This document shows, one piece after another, positions 47,962 to 57,559 of a stretch of DNA of 64,000 nucleotides. Origin of the DNA: Gammaproteobacteria bacterium (GTDB lineage: Bacteria; Pseudomonadota; Gammaproteobacteria; CAJXQU01); assembly GCA_965238175.1 (NCBI GenBank), contig CBDEGZ010000003.1, positions 1,760,001 through 1,824,000 of the forward strand, written 5' to 3'. Under the pieces are notes generated by a model. The model saw only the letters and a list, made by a program, of their open reading frames with translations, searched no databases and was not told where the DNA came from. The position numbers were made by a program, and so were the translations under genes. How positions within the stretch are numbered: position 1 is the first letter of the stretch; each line of letters opens with the position of its first letter.

Positions 47962-49089
47962 TTAACTCAATAATCCTTCCAAAATCCTCTCATAAATCTC
48001 AGTCAACTTATCCAAATCGTCAACAGCAACGCATTCATTCACTTTATGGATTGTGGCATTCAAAGGACCGAGTTCGACAACTTGAGCACCGGTGGGGGCG
48101 ATGAAGCGTCCGTCGGATGTACCGCCAGCGGTGGAGAGTTTTGTTTCATAACCCATGACATTTTTGATCGCAGATTGAGTGGCTTCGACTAGTTTTCCAG
48201 CAGGTGTGAGGAAAGCTTGGCCGGAGCAACGCCATGTGATCTCATAATCCAGTTTATGTTTGTCCAGAATTGTGCACAGTCGTTGTTTTAGTTGATCAAT
48301 AGTCACTTCTGTACAAAACCTAAAGTTACACATAACAAATGCATCTCCGGGAATGACATTTTCAACACCCGTGCCAGATTGTATATTTGAGATTTGGAAG
48401 GAGGTTGGTGGATAAAATTCATTACCATCATCCCAGATTTCTTGCTCTAATTCCCGTAGGGCTGGGAGCATTTCATGTACCGGGTTTTTTGCCAGATGCG
48501 GATAAGCAACATGGCCTTGAATTCCCTTGAAGGTAATATCTGCACTGAGTGATCCGCGGCGGCCATTTTTGACGACATCGGCGAGTTTTTGATCGCTGGA
48601 GGGTTCTCCAACCAGGCACCAGGTGATCTTTTCGTTTCGAGCTTCCAGTGTTTCTATGACTTTGACGGTTCCTTCTGTCGCAACACCTTCTTCATCGCTG
48701 GTGATCAAAAAAGCGATAGATCCCTCTGGTTTAGGATTGTTTTTTAAGAATTGATCTACAGCTATGACCATCGCTGCAATGCTACTTTTCATATCTGCTG
48801 CACCGCGTGCGTAGAGCATCCCATCTTCAATGGTGGGTTCAAATGGATCAAATTTCCACGCTTCAACTGGGCCGGTTGGGACAACATCTGTATGACCTGC
48901 GAAAGCAAAAACTGGCGCTTCTGTTCCAAAACGTGCCCAGAGGTTATCAACCTTTCCAAAGCGCAGATGTTCGCATTTAAAGCCAAGCGCTGTCAGGCGT
49001 TCTGCGAGCATTTGTTGGCAGCCGTCGTCTTCAGGCGTTAGTGATTGACGACGGAGTAAATCAAGCGTGAGATCTAGTGTTTCGTTCAT
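47962..49089 (-). CDS. dapE: Succinyl-diaminopimelate desuccinylase
   Basis: [35 protein letters not shown]. Confidence 0.97.
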   Translation of the reverse strand: MNETLDLTLDLLRRQSLTPEDDGCQQMLAERLTALGFKCEHLRFGKVDNLWARFGTEAPVFAFAGHTDVVPTGPVEAWKFDPFEPTIEDGMLYARGAADMKSSIAAMVIAVDQFLKNNPKPEGSIAFLITSDEEGVATEGTVKVIETLEARNEKITWCLVGEPSSDQKLADVVKNGRRGSLSADITFKGIQGHVAYPHLAKNPVHEMLPALRELEQEIWDDGNEFYPPTSFQISNIQSGTGVENVIPGDAFVMCNFRFCTEVTIDQLKQRLCTILDKHKLDYEITWRCSGQAFLTPAGKLVEATQSAIKNVMGYETKLSTAGGTSDGRFIAPTGAQVVELGPLNATIHKVNECVAVDDLDKLTEIYERILEGLLS

Positions 49090-49161
49090 GGTTACCTCAA
49101 TAGATACGGATTTTTATTAATGTGTTTCTAATTAACCGACAACAAGTAATAGGTGAGAAAT

Positions 49162-50052
49162 TTACTCATCTTTCTCATCAATAATATTTGCAAAAGCGAG
49201 CAATATTCCTAAATTATTATTATTCATTCCTTCTATTAAAGTTGAAATTGGTAATGTAATTGAGTGACCATTGTCTTTGTTATTAAAGGTGATTGTTTTA
49301 CCCTCTTGCTCAATCGTAAAGAAGGATGGGACATCACGATTTAGTTTTTCAAGAAGCTTTTCTAATAAGGAGTCCTTCTTAAGTTTTTTTGCTATTAACT
49401 TAGCAATTTCTGTCGGTGTGTATGAGTTGGCATCTATATAACCAATAGTAGTGGTTATTCCTGGGATCTCAGTATCATCGATTCGAATCGGCAAGATATA
49501 CTCGCTCTGTTCCTCAAAAGCTCTCGCTTGAGCAGATTTGCGTTCATGGTTAGTCCATAGCTTTTCTTTATAGTGGTTCGAAAGGAACATCACACAATAC
49601 TTGGATTTCACTCGATAAACTTCATCAAGATGTGTATATAGATCTTTGCCCCATAGTGTATGTGTTTCATATGAGTCGTAAAAAACCTCAATATCATATG
49701 CTTTTAGTATTCCGACGATTTCAATAACGAGTTCACGATCCTCACCTGCAAATGATAAGGCAACATCATAATCAAAGACTTTTGGAGTGGGTGGTTTAGA
49801 TTGATTGACTATTTGTGTATGTAAATTTTGAAAATTCTCCCAAGTGATCTCTTCAGAAAAATTTATTTTATATTTTTTATTTTCCAATGCGGTGAGAATG
49901 TTTGTTACTACCCATTTTTTGCTTATGTACGTAGTAACTGAGCTTTTTGCCCATCCCGTACAATTTACAATATCCTCAGTATTTACAATCTTTCCATTAT
50001 TCTCTTTCAGAAATTCGTAGGCTAATCTGACTTTATCCCATTTTGTACTCAT
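49162..50052 (-). CDS. TIR-domain protein with N-terminal winged-HTH-like region
   Basis: YDVALSFAGEDR, VFYD, YCVMFLS..Y..K.WTNHE, ILPIRIDD; N-terminus EDIVNCTGWAKSSVTTYISKKW. Confidence 0.85.
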   Translation of the reverse strand: MSTKWDKVRLAYEFLKENNGKIVNTEDIVNCTGWAKSSVTTYISKKWVVTNILTALENKKYKINFSEEITWENFQNLHTQIVNQSKPPTPKVFDYDVALSFAGEDRELVIEIVGILKAYDIEVFYDSYETHTLWGKDLYTHLDEVYRVKSKYCVMFLSNHYKEKLWTNHERKSAQARAFEEQSEYILPIRIDDTEIPGITTTIGYIDANSYTPTEIAKLIAKKLKKDSLLEKLLEKLNRDVPSFFTIEQEGKTITFNNKDNGHSITLPISTLIEGMNNNNLGILLAFANIIDEKDE

Positions 50053-50056
50053 ACAA

Positions 50057-50548
50057 CTATCGAATAGTCTGATTAATCCATCTTACGAAGTCTGAAATAT
50101 TCATCAACTGAACCTTGTTAATCTTATCTGCGGGGATGTACTTGTTTGTTTCGCAGGCTTTTCTAAGCCACTCAATAGCCCCATCTTTTGCTCCACCACC
50201 ATCTATGATTATAAACACATTTTCTTCAGGCATCTGCTCAATACAGTTCAGATAAACGTATGGAAATTTTTCATCGACTGAACCTTTCGATTGTTGCCAT
50301 TTGCATTCAATTCTTACTTCAAAGGAATAGTGTTCTGATTTTAATACAAACTCGCTTTTACTGTTATGACCATAAATACTATCGTAAGGGACATTTTTCA
50401 ATAACAGTTCACTACCGTATTTGGTTGGGTTTTTTATATATTCTCTGTAAGGGACGCAAGTGAAGCCTTTATTTGAAAGTGAGTCCTCAATGATCCGTTC
50501 GAGGGTCTTTCCTGCTTCAACTGCAAGTCCGCCCTGGCTAGTTGTCAT
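50057..50548 (-). CDS. PD-(D/E)XK-family nuclease
   Basis: G..LE, SEFVL, IECKWQ, GSVDEK motifs. Confidence 0.8.
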   Translation of the reverse strand: MTTSQGGLAVEAGKTLERIIEDSLSNKGFTCVPYREYIKNPTKYGSELLLKNVPYDSIYGHNSKSEFVLKSEHYSFEVRIECKWQQSKGSVDEKFPYVYLNCIEQMPEENVFIIIDGGGAKDGAIEWLRKACETNKYIPADKINKVQLMNISDFVRWINQTIR

Positions 50549-50554
50549 AATTTA

Positions 50555-51373
50555 CTAATCTCCACGATCAAAAACAGCGATCAGTTCATCTGCTTTTTTA
50601 CGATTATTCTTATCTTGGCTGATATAGCGCTGTACTTGGAAAGTTGTGATTTTTGCCTCTTTGTATAATTCCCTTATCTCTGGTGTATTGTGGTTTGAGA
50701 TTACGACGCGGATCCCTCTGGAGGCCAGTTTTATTGCTGACTTAGCAAGATCTTCCTGTTTGTCCCAACCAAAACCACCAGTGCTGTAATCGGTGAAGCT
50801 TGCTGTTTTACTAAGCGGCGTATAGGGAGGATCACAATACACAACGTCTATATTTTTACGGGCTTTTTTCATCGTTGTCAGGAAATCAGCCGAAATGAAT
50901 TCCGCATGTTTACTTTTATCTACAAAAGCTTTCATGGCTTGTTCGGGAAATAGGGGGGTTTTATAGCGTCCAAAAGGGCTGTTGAATCCTCCACTTCCGT
51001 TATATCGACAAAGGCCGTTATAGCAATGTCTATTCAGATAGATAAATAAAGCAGCTTTCAGACGTATATCATTACTTTTATTAAAGACCGCACGAAAACT
51101 GTAGTATGCATCAGCAGTATTGCATTCGGGTTGAAAAAAACTGCGTGCGTATTCAATAAAATTATCGCTATCTTGGCATAAAATTTTATACAAATTGATC
51201 AGATCAGAATTGTTATCTGCCAGGATATATTTCTTGTAGGGTGCGTTAAGAAAAACTGCACCAGAACCTAAAAAAGGTTCAATGAGACGTTTTCCTGGCC
51301 CCAATTCATTACATATCCTTTCTATGAGACGGTATTTACCGCCAGGCCATTTTAGAAATGGTTTTGATGACAT
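50555..51373 (-). CDS. dam: Dam-family DNA adenine methyltransferase
   Basis: FLKWPGGK, EPFLGSGAV, YNGLCRYN..G.FN.PFG, YCDPPY. Confidence 0.92.
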   Translation of the reverse strand: MSSKPFLKWPGGKYRLIERICNELGPGKRLIEPFLGSGAVFLNAPYKKYILADNNSDLINLYKILCQDSDNFIEYARSFFQPECNTADAYYSFRAVFNKSNDIRLKAALFIYLNRHCYNGLCRYNGSGGFNSPFGRYKTPLFPEQAMKAFVDKSKHAEFISADFLTTMKKARKNIDVVYCDPPYTPLSKTASFTDYSTGGFGWDKQEDLAKSAIKLASRGIRVVISNHNTPEIRELYKEAKITTFQVQRYISQDKNNRKKADELIAVFDRGD

Positions 51374-51645
51374 TATTTTTGTTCTTCTGGGGTTTTAGCC
51401 TTGATACTGAGTGCGTGAATATCGGTTTGCATAAGATCGGTGACTGCTTCGTAGATCATTTTATGCCTTTTGATCAATGATTGACCGGAGAACTGATCAG
51501 AAACAATCAGTACATTAAAATGGCCTTTGCCATCTTTTGCACCAGCGTGGCCAGCATGTAGATGACTTTCATCAATGATGTCTAGTTGATCTGGTGTGAA
51601 AGCAGATTCCAACTTTTCCCGGATCATCTCAACCCGTTCACTCAT
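51373..51645 (-). CDS. bolA: BolA family protein
   Basis: DESHLHAGH, HF, RHKMIY, IHALSI. Confidence 0.92.
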   Translation of the reverse strand: MSERVEMIREKLESAFTPDQLDIIDESHLHAGHAGAKDGKGHFNVLIVSDQFSGQSLIKRHKMIYEAVTDLMQTDIHALSIKAKTPEEQK

Positions 51646-51944
51646 TATAGGTCTACTTTTTTAAATGGCTTAACGGTTACTTTTTGATAGACACCGGCTT
51701 TAAGGTAAGGATCTGCATCTGCCCATGTTTGAGCATCTGCAAGTGAATCGAACTGCGCGACGATCAAACTACCGGTAAAACCTGCTTTGCCGGGATCTTC
51801 ACTATCTATAGCAGGGTGGGGGCCAACCAATAAAACGCGCTCTTCTTCATTAAGCTTTTTCAGGCGTTCGATATGCGCAGGGCGAGTTTTCATACGAAGC
51901 TCAAGGCTGTTTTCGATATCTTCACTGATAATGGCGTAATACAT
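51645..51944 (-). CDS. yciI: YciI family protein
   Basis: RPAH, GP.PAIDS, GFTGSL, DPY. Confidence 0.93.
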   Translation of the reverse strand: MYYAIISEDIENSLELRMKTRPAHIERLKKLNEEERVLLVGPHPAIDSEDPGKAGFTGSLIVAQFDSLADAQTWADADPYLKAGVYQKVTVKPFKKVDL

Positions 51945-51948
51945 TTTT

Positions 51949-52530
51949 CTATTCCTCGTTTGAATCTTTACTTGCTACTGTTTCAGGTTCTTCTTGAATA
52001 TAACGTGATAAGTACACGGCTTGAGCGATGACAAATGCGATGGTCAGACCAAGAATTCCGAACAGTTTGAAGTTGACCCAGGTTTCTGTCTCGTAATTAA
52101 ATGCGACGTAAAGGTTTGCGCAACCGGAGAGGAAGAAAAATACCACCCATGCAAAGTTCAATTTCCTCCAAACGTGTTCTGGTAGTTCAACTTGTTCACC
52201 CATCATTCTTTTAATGATGGTTTTTTCTCCAAAGAATTGGCTACCTAGAAAAACGGCTGCGAAAAGCCAGTTAACGACTGTTGGTTTCCATTTGATAAAT
52301 CTTTCGTCTTGGAAAATGAGGGTTGCCCCACCAAGGACGACAATTAATCCCATGGTGATCAAATGCATTTTTTCGACTTTGCGATGCTTTAACCAGGAGT
52401 AGCTGACTTGCGCGATAGAAGCAATTATGGCAATGACGGTTGCCAGCATGATCCCATCTTGTGGATCTTCAGGGATCTTAAATGCGATAAAAAATAGCAG
52501 GATAGGTAAAAAGTCGAAAAGAAATTTCAT
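51949..52530 (-). CDS. yciB: Inner membrane septation protein A (YciB/IspZ)
   Basis: MKFLFDFLP, FIKWKPT, WVNFKLFG. Confidence 0.95.
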   Translation of the reverse strand: MKFLFDFLPILLFFIAFKIPEDPQDGIMLATVIAIIASIAQVSYSWLKHRKVEKMHLITMGLIVVLGGATLIFQDERFIKWKPTVVNWLFAAVFLGSQFFGEKTIIKRMMGEQVELPEHVWRKLNFAWVVFFFLSGCANLYVAFNYETETWVNFKLFGILGLTIAFVIAQAVYLSRYIQEEPETVASKDSNEE

Positions 52531-52646
52531 AGAGATATTTGAAGCCAGTTTTATAGAGAATTATTAGTGCGCTGATTCTAGCGGAATTTATTTAAATTCA
52601 CTATCTATGTGGATTAAATCATTTGTTAAGTACTCAGTACAAAGCT

Positions 52647-52700
52647 ATAAATAAGAATAATTATTAATTGCAAACGCAAACGACAATAGTTATCATTAGT
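52647..52700 (+). promoter_or_regulatory. Fur-box-like sequences
   Basis: GCAAACGACAATAGTTATC (52676-52694) and overlapping GACAATAGTTATCATTAGT each match 13/19 of GATAATGATAATCATTATC. Confidence 0.5.
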
Positions 52701-52748
52701 AGAGTGATTATAAATTAATACGCAAATATAAGAACTTGGGAGAAAGTA

Positions 52749-53729
52749 GTGAAACGGGATATAACAAGAAAGGGCCAAAGTATATTGGCTATGGGTTTAT
52801 TGACGCTTGCTGTGAGTACACAAACGGCAAAAGCAGAAGAGAATTTGTGGGTTTATACCAAGGGGACGGATACTCGACCTCAAGGTAGTTTTGAAATGAA
52901 AATAAGTGATATTGCCCGGATCAGTAAAGATTCTGGCCATTATCGTTTTCATGACATCAGACCAGAAATTGAATACGGTATTACAGACAAGTTAACCATT
53001 GGCGCAGAAATTATGATTTTTGATCATAACTATTCGGTTAATGATCCTGAGTTGAATCCCACGTATGAAACGCAGGAAACTGAAGGTGGCACTTTTAATA
53101 AAACACAATATGGTGGTTTTGAGATATCACTAAAATACAATATTTTAAGTCCTTATAAAGATTTCATGGGTTTGTCTCTGGGAATAGGTTATGAAGATCG
53201 TGACCGTTATCGTTTAGACGGTTCTGAAATAGATCAAAAATCTTATACAGCAACAGTCTTTATGCAAAAGAACTGGATCGACGATAAACTAACTTTAGCG
53301 GGTAATGGTAAAATAGAGTTGGAACGACGAAAAGGCCCAGGTGTTTTAGAAGAGGAGATCGCTTTTGATCTCAGCATAGGCCTTTCATATAGGATTGCGC
53401 CAAAGCATTTCATTGGTATTGAGTATCGCCGTCAGCAAGATCATTTAAGCCCATTTAATACTGAAACGGGTGAATATGATGATCCGAGTTTAAAACCTTC
53501 AGAATTTGATCTTCCTTTTGGAAAATTCCAAATAGGTACGAGGCATCAGTATGGTGAGTACATTGGTCCAACTTATCATTATGCAGAAAAAAACTGGTGG
53601 TTCACTGGTGGGATTTTGTATCAGTTTAATGGTGGTGGACATTCAGAAAATGCTTATCTTAAAGATGGCAAGAACTACGATGAACATGAGAAGTTTCATG
53701 TTGGATTATTCTTAGGATATGAGTTCTAA
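52749..53729 (+). CDS. Outer-membrane beta-barrel protein (DUF6662-like)
   Basis: Signal peptide, EIEYGITD, LSPYKD, GPTYHY, terminal GYEF. Confidence 0.7.
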   Translation: MKRDITRKGQSILAMGLLTLAVSTQTAKAEENLWVYTKGTDTRPQGSFEMKISDIARISKDSGHYRFHDIRPEIEYGITDKLTIGAEIMIFDHNYSVNDPELNPTYETQETEGGTFNKTQYGGFEISLKYNILSPYKDFMGLSLGIGYEDRDRYRLDGSEIDQKSYTATVFMQKNWIDDKLTLAGNGKIELERRKGPGVLEEEIAFDLSIGLSYRIAPKHFIGIEYRRQQDHLSPFNTETGEYDDPSLKPSEFDLPFGKFQIGTRHQYGEYIGPTYHYAEKNWWFTGGILYQFNGGGHSENAYLKDGKNYDEHEKFHVGLFLGYEF

Positions 53730-53734
53730 ATTAT

Positions 53735-54277
53735 ATGAAGCAGAGTTTTAGAAGATATATTTTAACGATATCAATACTGGGGCTATTTATAGCCCCAATT
53801 TTTGATCTCTATGCTGAAACATTTTTAACACCCGATGAGGCTAAAAAGGTTTTATGGCAAGATGAAGCAATGCAAGCTGTCCCGGTCGTTTTAACTGAGG
53901 CGCAAATGAAGTCGATCAAATCCGCTTCAAAAACTAGAGTGCGTACAGATAAAGTAAACTCTTGGAAAACCGAAACGGGCGGTTGGTTTATTCTTGATCA
54001 AGTCGTTGGTAAACACGAAATGATCGATATTGCAGTTGCCTTGACTCACGAAGGTAAAGTGAAAGGAATAAAAGTTCTTACGTACCGCGAAACTTATGGT
54101 GACGAAGTTAAAAATCCTAAATGGTTAGCGCAATTTATTAACAAAGATAATTCTGAGGTTTTAAAACTCGATAAACAGATCGTTAATATTTCTGGTGCAA
54201 CACTTTCATCTAGACACATAACAGATGGAATCAATCGTCTAACACATACTTGGGACCAAGTGCTCCAACATAAATAG
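53735..54277 (+). CDS. Exported FMN-binding protein
   Basis: VVGKHE, YRETYG, WLAQF, flavinylation motif ISGATLSS. Confidence 0.85.
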   Translation: MKQSFRRYILTISILGLFIAPIFDLYAETFLTPDEAKKVLWQDEAMQAVPVVLTEAQMKSIKSASKTRVRTDKVNSWKTETGGWFILDQVVGKHEMIDIAVALTHEGKVKGIKVLTYRETYGDEVKNPKWLAQFINKDNSEVLKLDKQIVNISGATLSSRHITDGINRLTHTWDQVLQHK

Positions 54278-54411
54278 ATCAAAATAAATTAAAGAAAAAA
54301 AGATAATTGTTTATTTTGCTAAATAAAGGTTTAAGTAAAATTATAGTAACGATGAGATTTTTAAGGACAGTTAAAGAGTCATAAAACAACAATAAAAAAA
54401 GAGTTGCTCGA

Positions 54412-54915
54412 TTGAGAAAAGTAAAATTAAGAATTCCGAAGCCATATCAGTTATGGCTTTTTTGCGTCTTGGGAACAGCATGGCTGAGTGGCACGACGTT
54501 TTTCATTTTAAAAACCTGGTTTGTTGTCGAAGGTGAGTTTGGCCTGGTGAAACATCCATGGCAATTTACTTCATTACAGATTCATGGCGGTGCTGCATTT
54601 TTAATGATGGTGAGTTATGGATTCTTGTTGGGAACTCATGCAACTTACGGTTGGAATGTAAAACCACGACGTATTTTAGGTGTGATTTTAGTAATCATGC
54701 CAGCAATATTAATGTTGACTGCTTACTTGCTTTATTACATTGCAGAAGATGATGCGAGAGAAATCGTTGGTTATGTCCATCTGGCTATTGGCTTGTTTTT
54801 TCCAGTTGTATTAACAGCGCATATATTAACTAAAACTAAGAAAAAGAAAAAAATTAAAGACAAAAATAGAAAAGTGTATAAGAGAAAAAGAAAGGAAAGA
54901 AAGTTCACACCATGA
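54412..54915 (+). CDS. Four-TM His-containing membrane protein (cytochrome-b-like)
   Basis: QIHGGAAF, GTH, YLLYY, VH, AH pattern. Confidence 0.65.
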   Translation: MRKVKLRIPKPYQLWLFCVLGTAWLSGTTFFILKTWFVVEGEFGLVKHPWQFTSLQIHGGAAFLMMVSYGFLLGTHATYGWNVKPRRILGVILVIMPAILMLTAYLLYYIAEDDAREIVGYVHLAIGLFFPVVLTAHILTKTKKKKKIKDKNRKVYKRKRKERKFTP

Positions 54916-55457
54916 AAATAAATTGGAAAAAATTTAATCGAAAAACACATTATTGGGGATCAATAATTTGTGCGATACCGATCCTTGTTGTTATCGGATC
55001 AGGTGTGCTTTTACAATTGAAAAAAGATGTTGATTGGGTTCAACCTTCCTCAATGCGCGGCGAAGGAAAAATACCTTTAATAAGTTTTGAACATGTCCTT
55101 GAAGCTGCAAAAACTGTCCCAGATGCGGCAATTAAAAGTTGGGATGATATTGATCGTCTGGATGTCAGACCAGGTAAAGGTATTATAAAAATTCGCGCAA
55201 AAAACCGATGGGAAATTCAAATAGATCATCAAACAAAAGAAGTGTTGCAAGTAGCTTATCGACGATCTGATCTGATCGAATCTATTCACGATGGCAGTTT
55301 TTTTCATGACTCTGCAAAGCTGTGGTTGTTTCTTCCGTGTGCGATCATTCTTTTTGTACTTTGGGTAACGGGATTGTATTTATTTTTAACAACACATTTT
55401 GCTAAAAGTAAAAATAAACAAAAAAGAAAAGTGCGATCAGAATTAGCTCGTTCGTAA
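54912..55457 (+). CDS. PepSY-associated TM helix domain protein
   Basis: RKTHYW..SGVLL, IHDGSFF, TGLYL. Confidence 0.8.
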   Translation: MKINWKKFNRKTHYWGSIICAIPILVVIGSGVLLQLKKDVDWVQPSSMRGEGKIPLISFEHVLEAAKTVPDAAIKSWDDIDRLDVRPGKGIIKIRAKNRWEIQIDHQTKEVLQVAYRRSDLIESIHDGSFFHDSAKLWLFLPCAIILFVLWVTGLYLFLTTHFAKSKNKQKRKVRSELARS

Positions 55458-55477
55458 CAAACTGTATTTAATTTAGT

Positions 55478-56125
55478 ATGCCAGCCATGTTACGTTTTCT
55501 TGTTGTTTTTTTTATGCTGACTCCAAGTTTAACTACTGCTATTGAGCATAACTTAAAGTTGGCAGTTAAGAAAAAAGTAAATGATATTTCATTTTTAGGC
55601 GAACTTGATTATCGTCGAGATCATGGCCATCTTTTTAAACGACATTATGATCTTGGTGTTCGTTTCCCTATTGATTTTTTTGGTGAGGGTTGGTCGTTTG
55701 GAGCACATTACCGATCAATTTATAACGCAATCGGTGATGGTGATTGGGATCTGGAAAAAAGACCTTATTTCCAAATACAAAAAACTTTTCTTACTGTGGA
55801 GGGTAATCTGCTTCCAGCATTAAAGTGGGCAATCAGAACACGTCACGAATTTCGTTTTCGAGACAAAAAAGACGATTCAACGCGTAATCGAATAGGTCTA
55901 AAAATAAAATCAGATAAAACTTTTTATAATCTCAAACCATTTGTGAGTAATGAATATTTTTATGATTTTAAAAAAGATCAGTTCACTAAGATCCGTTTTG
56001 CTTTTGGTATGGAGTTTCCTGAAACCAAAAGCGTTAAACCAAGCCTGCAATATAAAATAGATACGGATAGACGAAATGATGATTGGGAAACAAGATCTAG
56101 CCTTATTTTCAAATTGGTATTTTAA
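55478..56125 (+). CDS. Outer-membrane beta-barrel protein (DUF2490-like)
   Basis: Signal peptide, EKRPY, RxRxEFR, PFVSNE, terminal Phe. Confidence 0.65.
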   Translation: MPAMLRFLVVFFMLTPSLTTAIEHNLKLAVKKKVNDISFLGELDYRRDHGHLFKRHYDLGVRFPIDFFGEGWSFGAHYRSIYNAIGDGDWDLEKRPYFQIQKTFLTVEGNLLPALKWAIRTRHEFRFRDKKDDSTRNRIGLKIKSDKTFYNLKPFVSNEYFYDFKKDQFTKIRFAFGMEFPETKSVKPSLQYKIDTDRRNDDWETRSSLIFKLVF

Positions 56126-56179
56126 GGACTCAATTTAAAGTACTGACCGAAGAGTATCAAAAAGTTATAATGGCTGGTT

Positions 56180-56806
56180 ATGGCCCAATATCTTCAAATT
56201 CACCCAGAAAATCCGCAAGCACGGTTGATCCGTCAAGTGGTGGATTCTATGCGCAAAAGTGGTGTGGTGGTTTATCCAACAGACTCTTGCTACGCGGTAG
56301 GTTGTCAGATTGGGGATAAGACAGCACAGGATCAAATTCGTAAGTTGCGAGAGCTGGATGATAATCATGACTTCACTCTGGTTTGTCGCGATCTTTCAGA
56401 AATTTCTTTATATGCAAAAATCGACAATAGCGCGTATAAATTGATCAAATCTTTAACGCCGGGGCCATACACATTTATCCTTAAAGCGACACGTGAAGTG
56501 CCGCGACGATTACAGAATCCAAAACGTAAAACGATTGGCTTGCGTATCCCAGATAATTCGATCGCTTTAGCTCTTTTGGAAGAGTTGGGTGAGCCGATTA
56601 TGAGTTCCACCTTACAAATGCCGGGTGATGATTTACCGATGAGCGATCCGGATGAAATCAATGAAAGACTCGATAAAAGGGTTGATATGATCATTAACGG
56701 TGGATCTTGCGAACTTGAGCCTACTTCAGTGATTGAGTTGATGGATGGTGTGCCTGTGATACGACGATGTGGCCGCGGTGATGTCACTCAGTTTGAGGCA
56801 GTTTGA
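56180..56806 (+). CDS. yciO: Sua5/YciO/YrdC family protein
   Basis: IHPENPQARLI, YPTDSCYA, PGPYTFIL, TIGLRIP. Confidence 0.92.
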   Translation: MAQYLQIHPENPQARLIRQVVDSMRKSGVVVYPTDSCYAVGCQIGDKTAQDQIRKLRELDDNHDFTLVCRDLSEISLYAKIDNSAYKLIKSLTPGPYTFILKATREVPRRLQNPKRKTIGLRIPDNSIALALLEELGEPIMSSTLQMPGDDLPMSDPDEINERLDKRVDMIINGGSCELEPTSVIELMDGVPVIRRCGRGDVTQFEAV

Positions 56807-56841
56807 AGACTGATATTTAACAATGTCTCTGATATGATCTC

Positions 56842-57531
56842 TTGATGATAGAACTATCCCTTATCCAGAAAATTATTGTTTGTGTTCCCCCCATTTTATT
56901 AGCAGTTACTCTCCACGAAGTGGCACATGGTTGGATGGCTAAAATAAACGGTGATCGAACTGCAGAAATGATGGGTCGTCTGAGCTTGAATCCGCTCAAA
57001 CATGTTGATCCTGTTGGGACAATCGTAGTACCCGCGCTTATGGTTTTAAGTACGGGTTTCATCTTCGGTTGGGCTAAACCTGTTCCCGTTTCATATAACG
57101 AACTCAATAGTCCGAAGAAAGATATGGCCAAAGTGGCTATAGCTGGGCCAGCTTCAAACCTGATCATGATGATTATCTGGGCGATCATTCTCAAAATGTC
57201 ATTGCTCGCACCGAATTCAATGCAATGGGTTACTGTCCCGCTAACCTATATGGCATCGGTAGGTGTTTATATTAATTGCATTATAATGGTACTGAATTTA
57301 TTGCCAATACCGCCTCTTGATGGTAGTCGTATTGTTGCATCGTATTTGCCCAATTCTCTCGCGTATCAATACGGCCAAATGGAGCGTTATGGCGTGATCA
57401 TCTTAGTGGCTTTAATGGTATTAGGTATTTTAGGTAAAGTATTGCTACCATTGGTTTCAGGTATCACGAATTTGTTCTCGGGTTTCGCCGGGATTGATAT
57501 CTCTGACCTTGTGTATATCTTGTTTAGTTGA
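56842..57531 (+). CDS. Site-2 protease family (M50) protein
   Basis: HEVAH, AGPASN, NLLPIPPLDG. Confidence 0.93.
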   Translation: MMIELSLIQKIIVCVPPILLAVTLHEVAHGWMAKINGDRTAEMMGRLSLNPLKHVDPVGTIVVPALMVLSTGFIFGWAKPVPVSYNELNSPKKDMAKVAIAGPASNLIMMIIWAIILKMSLLAPNSMQWVTVPLTYMASVGVYINCIIMVLNLLPIPPLDGSRIVASYLPNSLAYQYGQMERYGVIILVALMVLGILGKVLLPLVSGITNLFSGFAGIDISDLVYILFS

Positions 57532-57559
57532 AAATGATAAAATTGTGGAGAGTCGTTAA

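Noticed and set aside
54830-54905. A-rich tract as a phase-variable slippage site
   Set aside because: Interrupted runs encoding a Lys/Arg-rich tail; the frame ends in a normal ATGA overlap with the next gene
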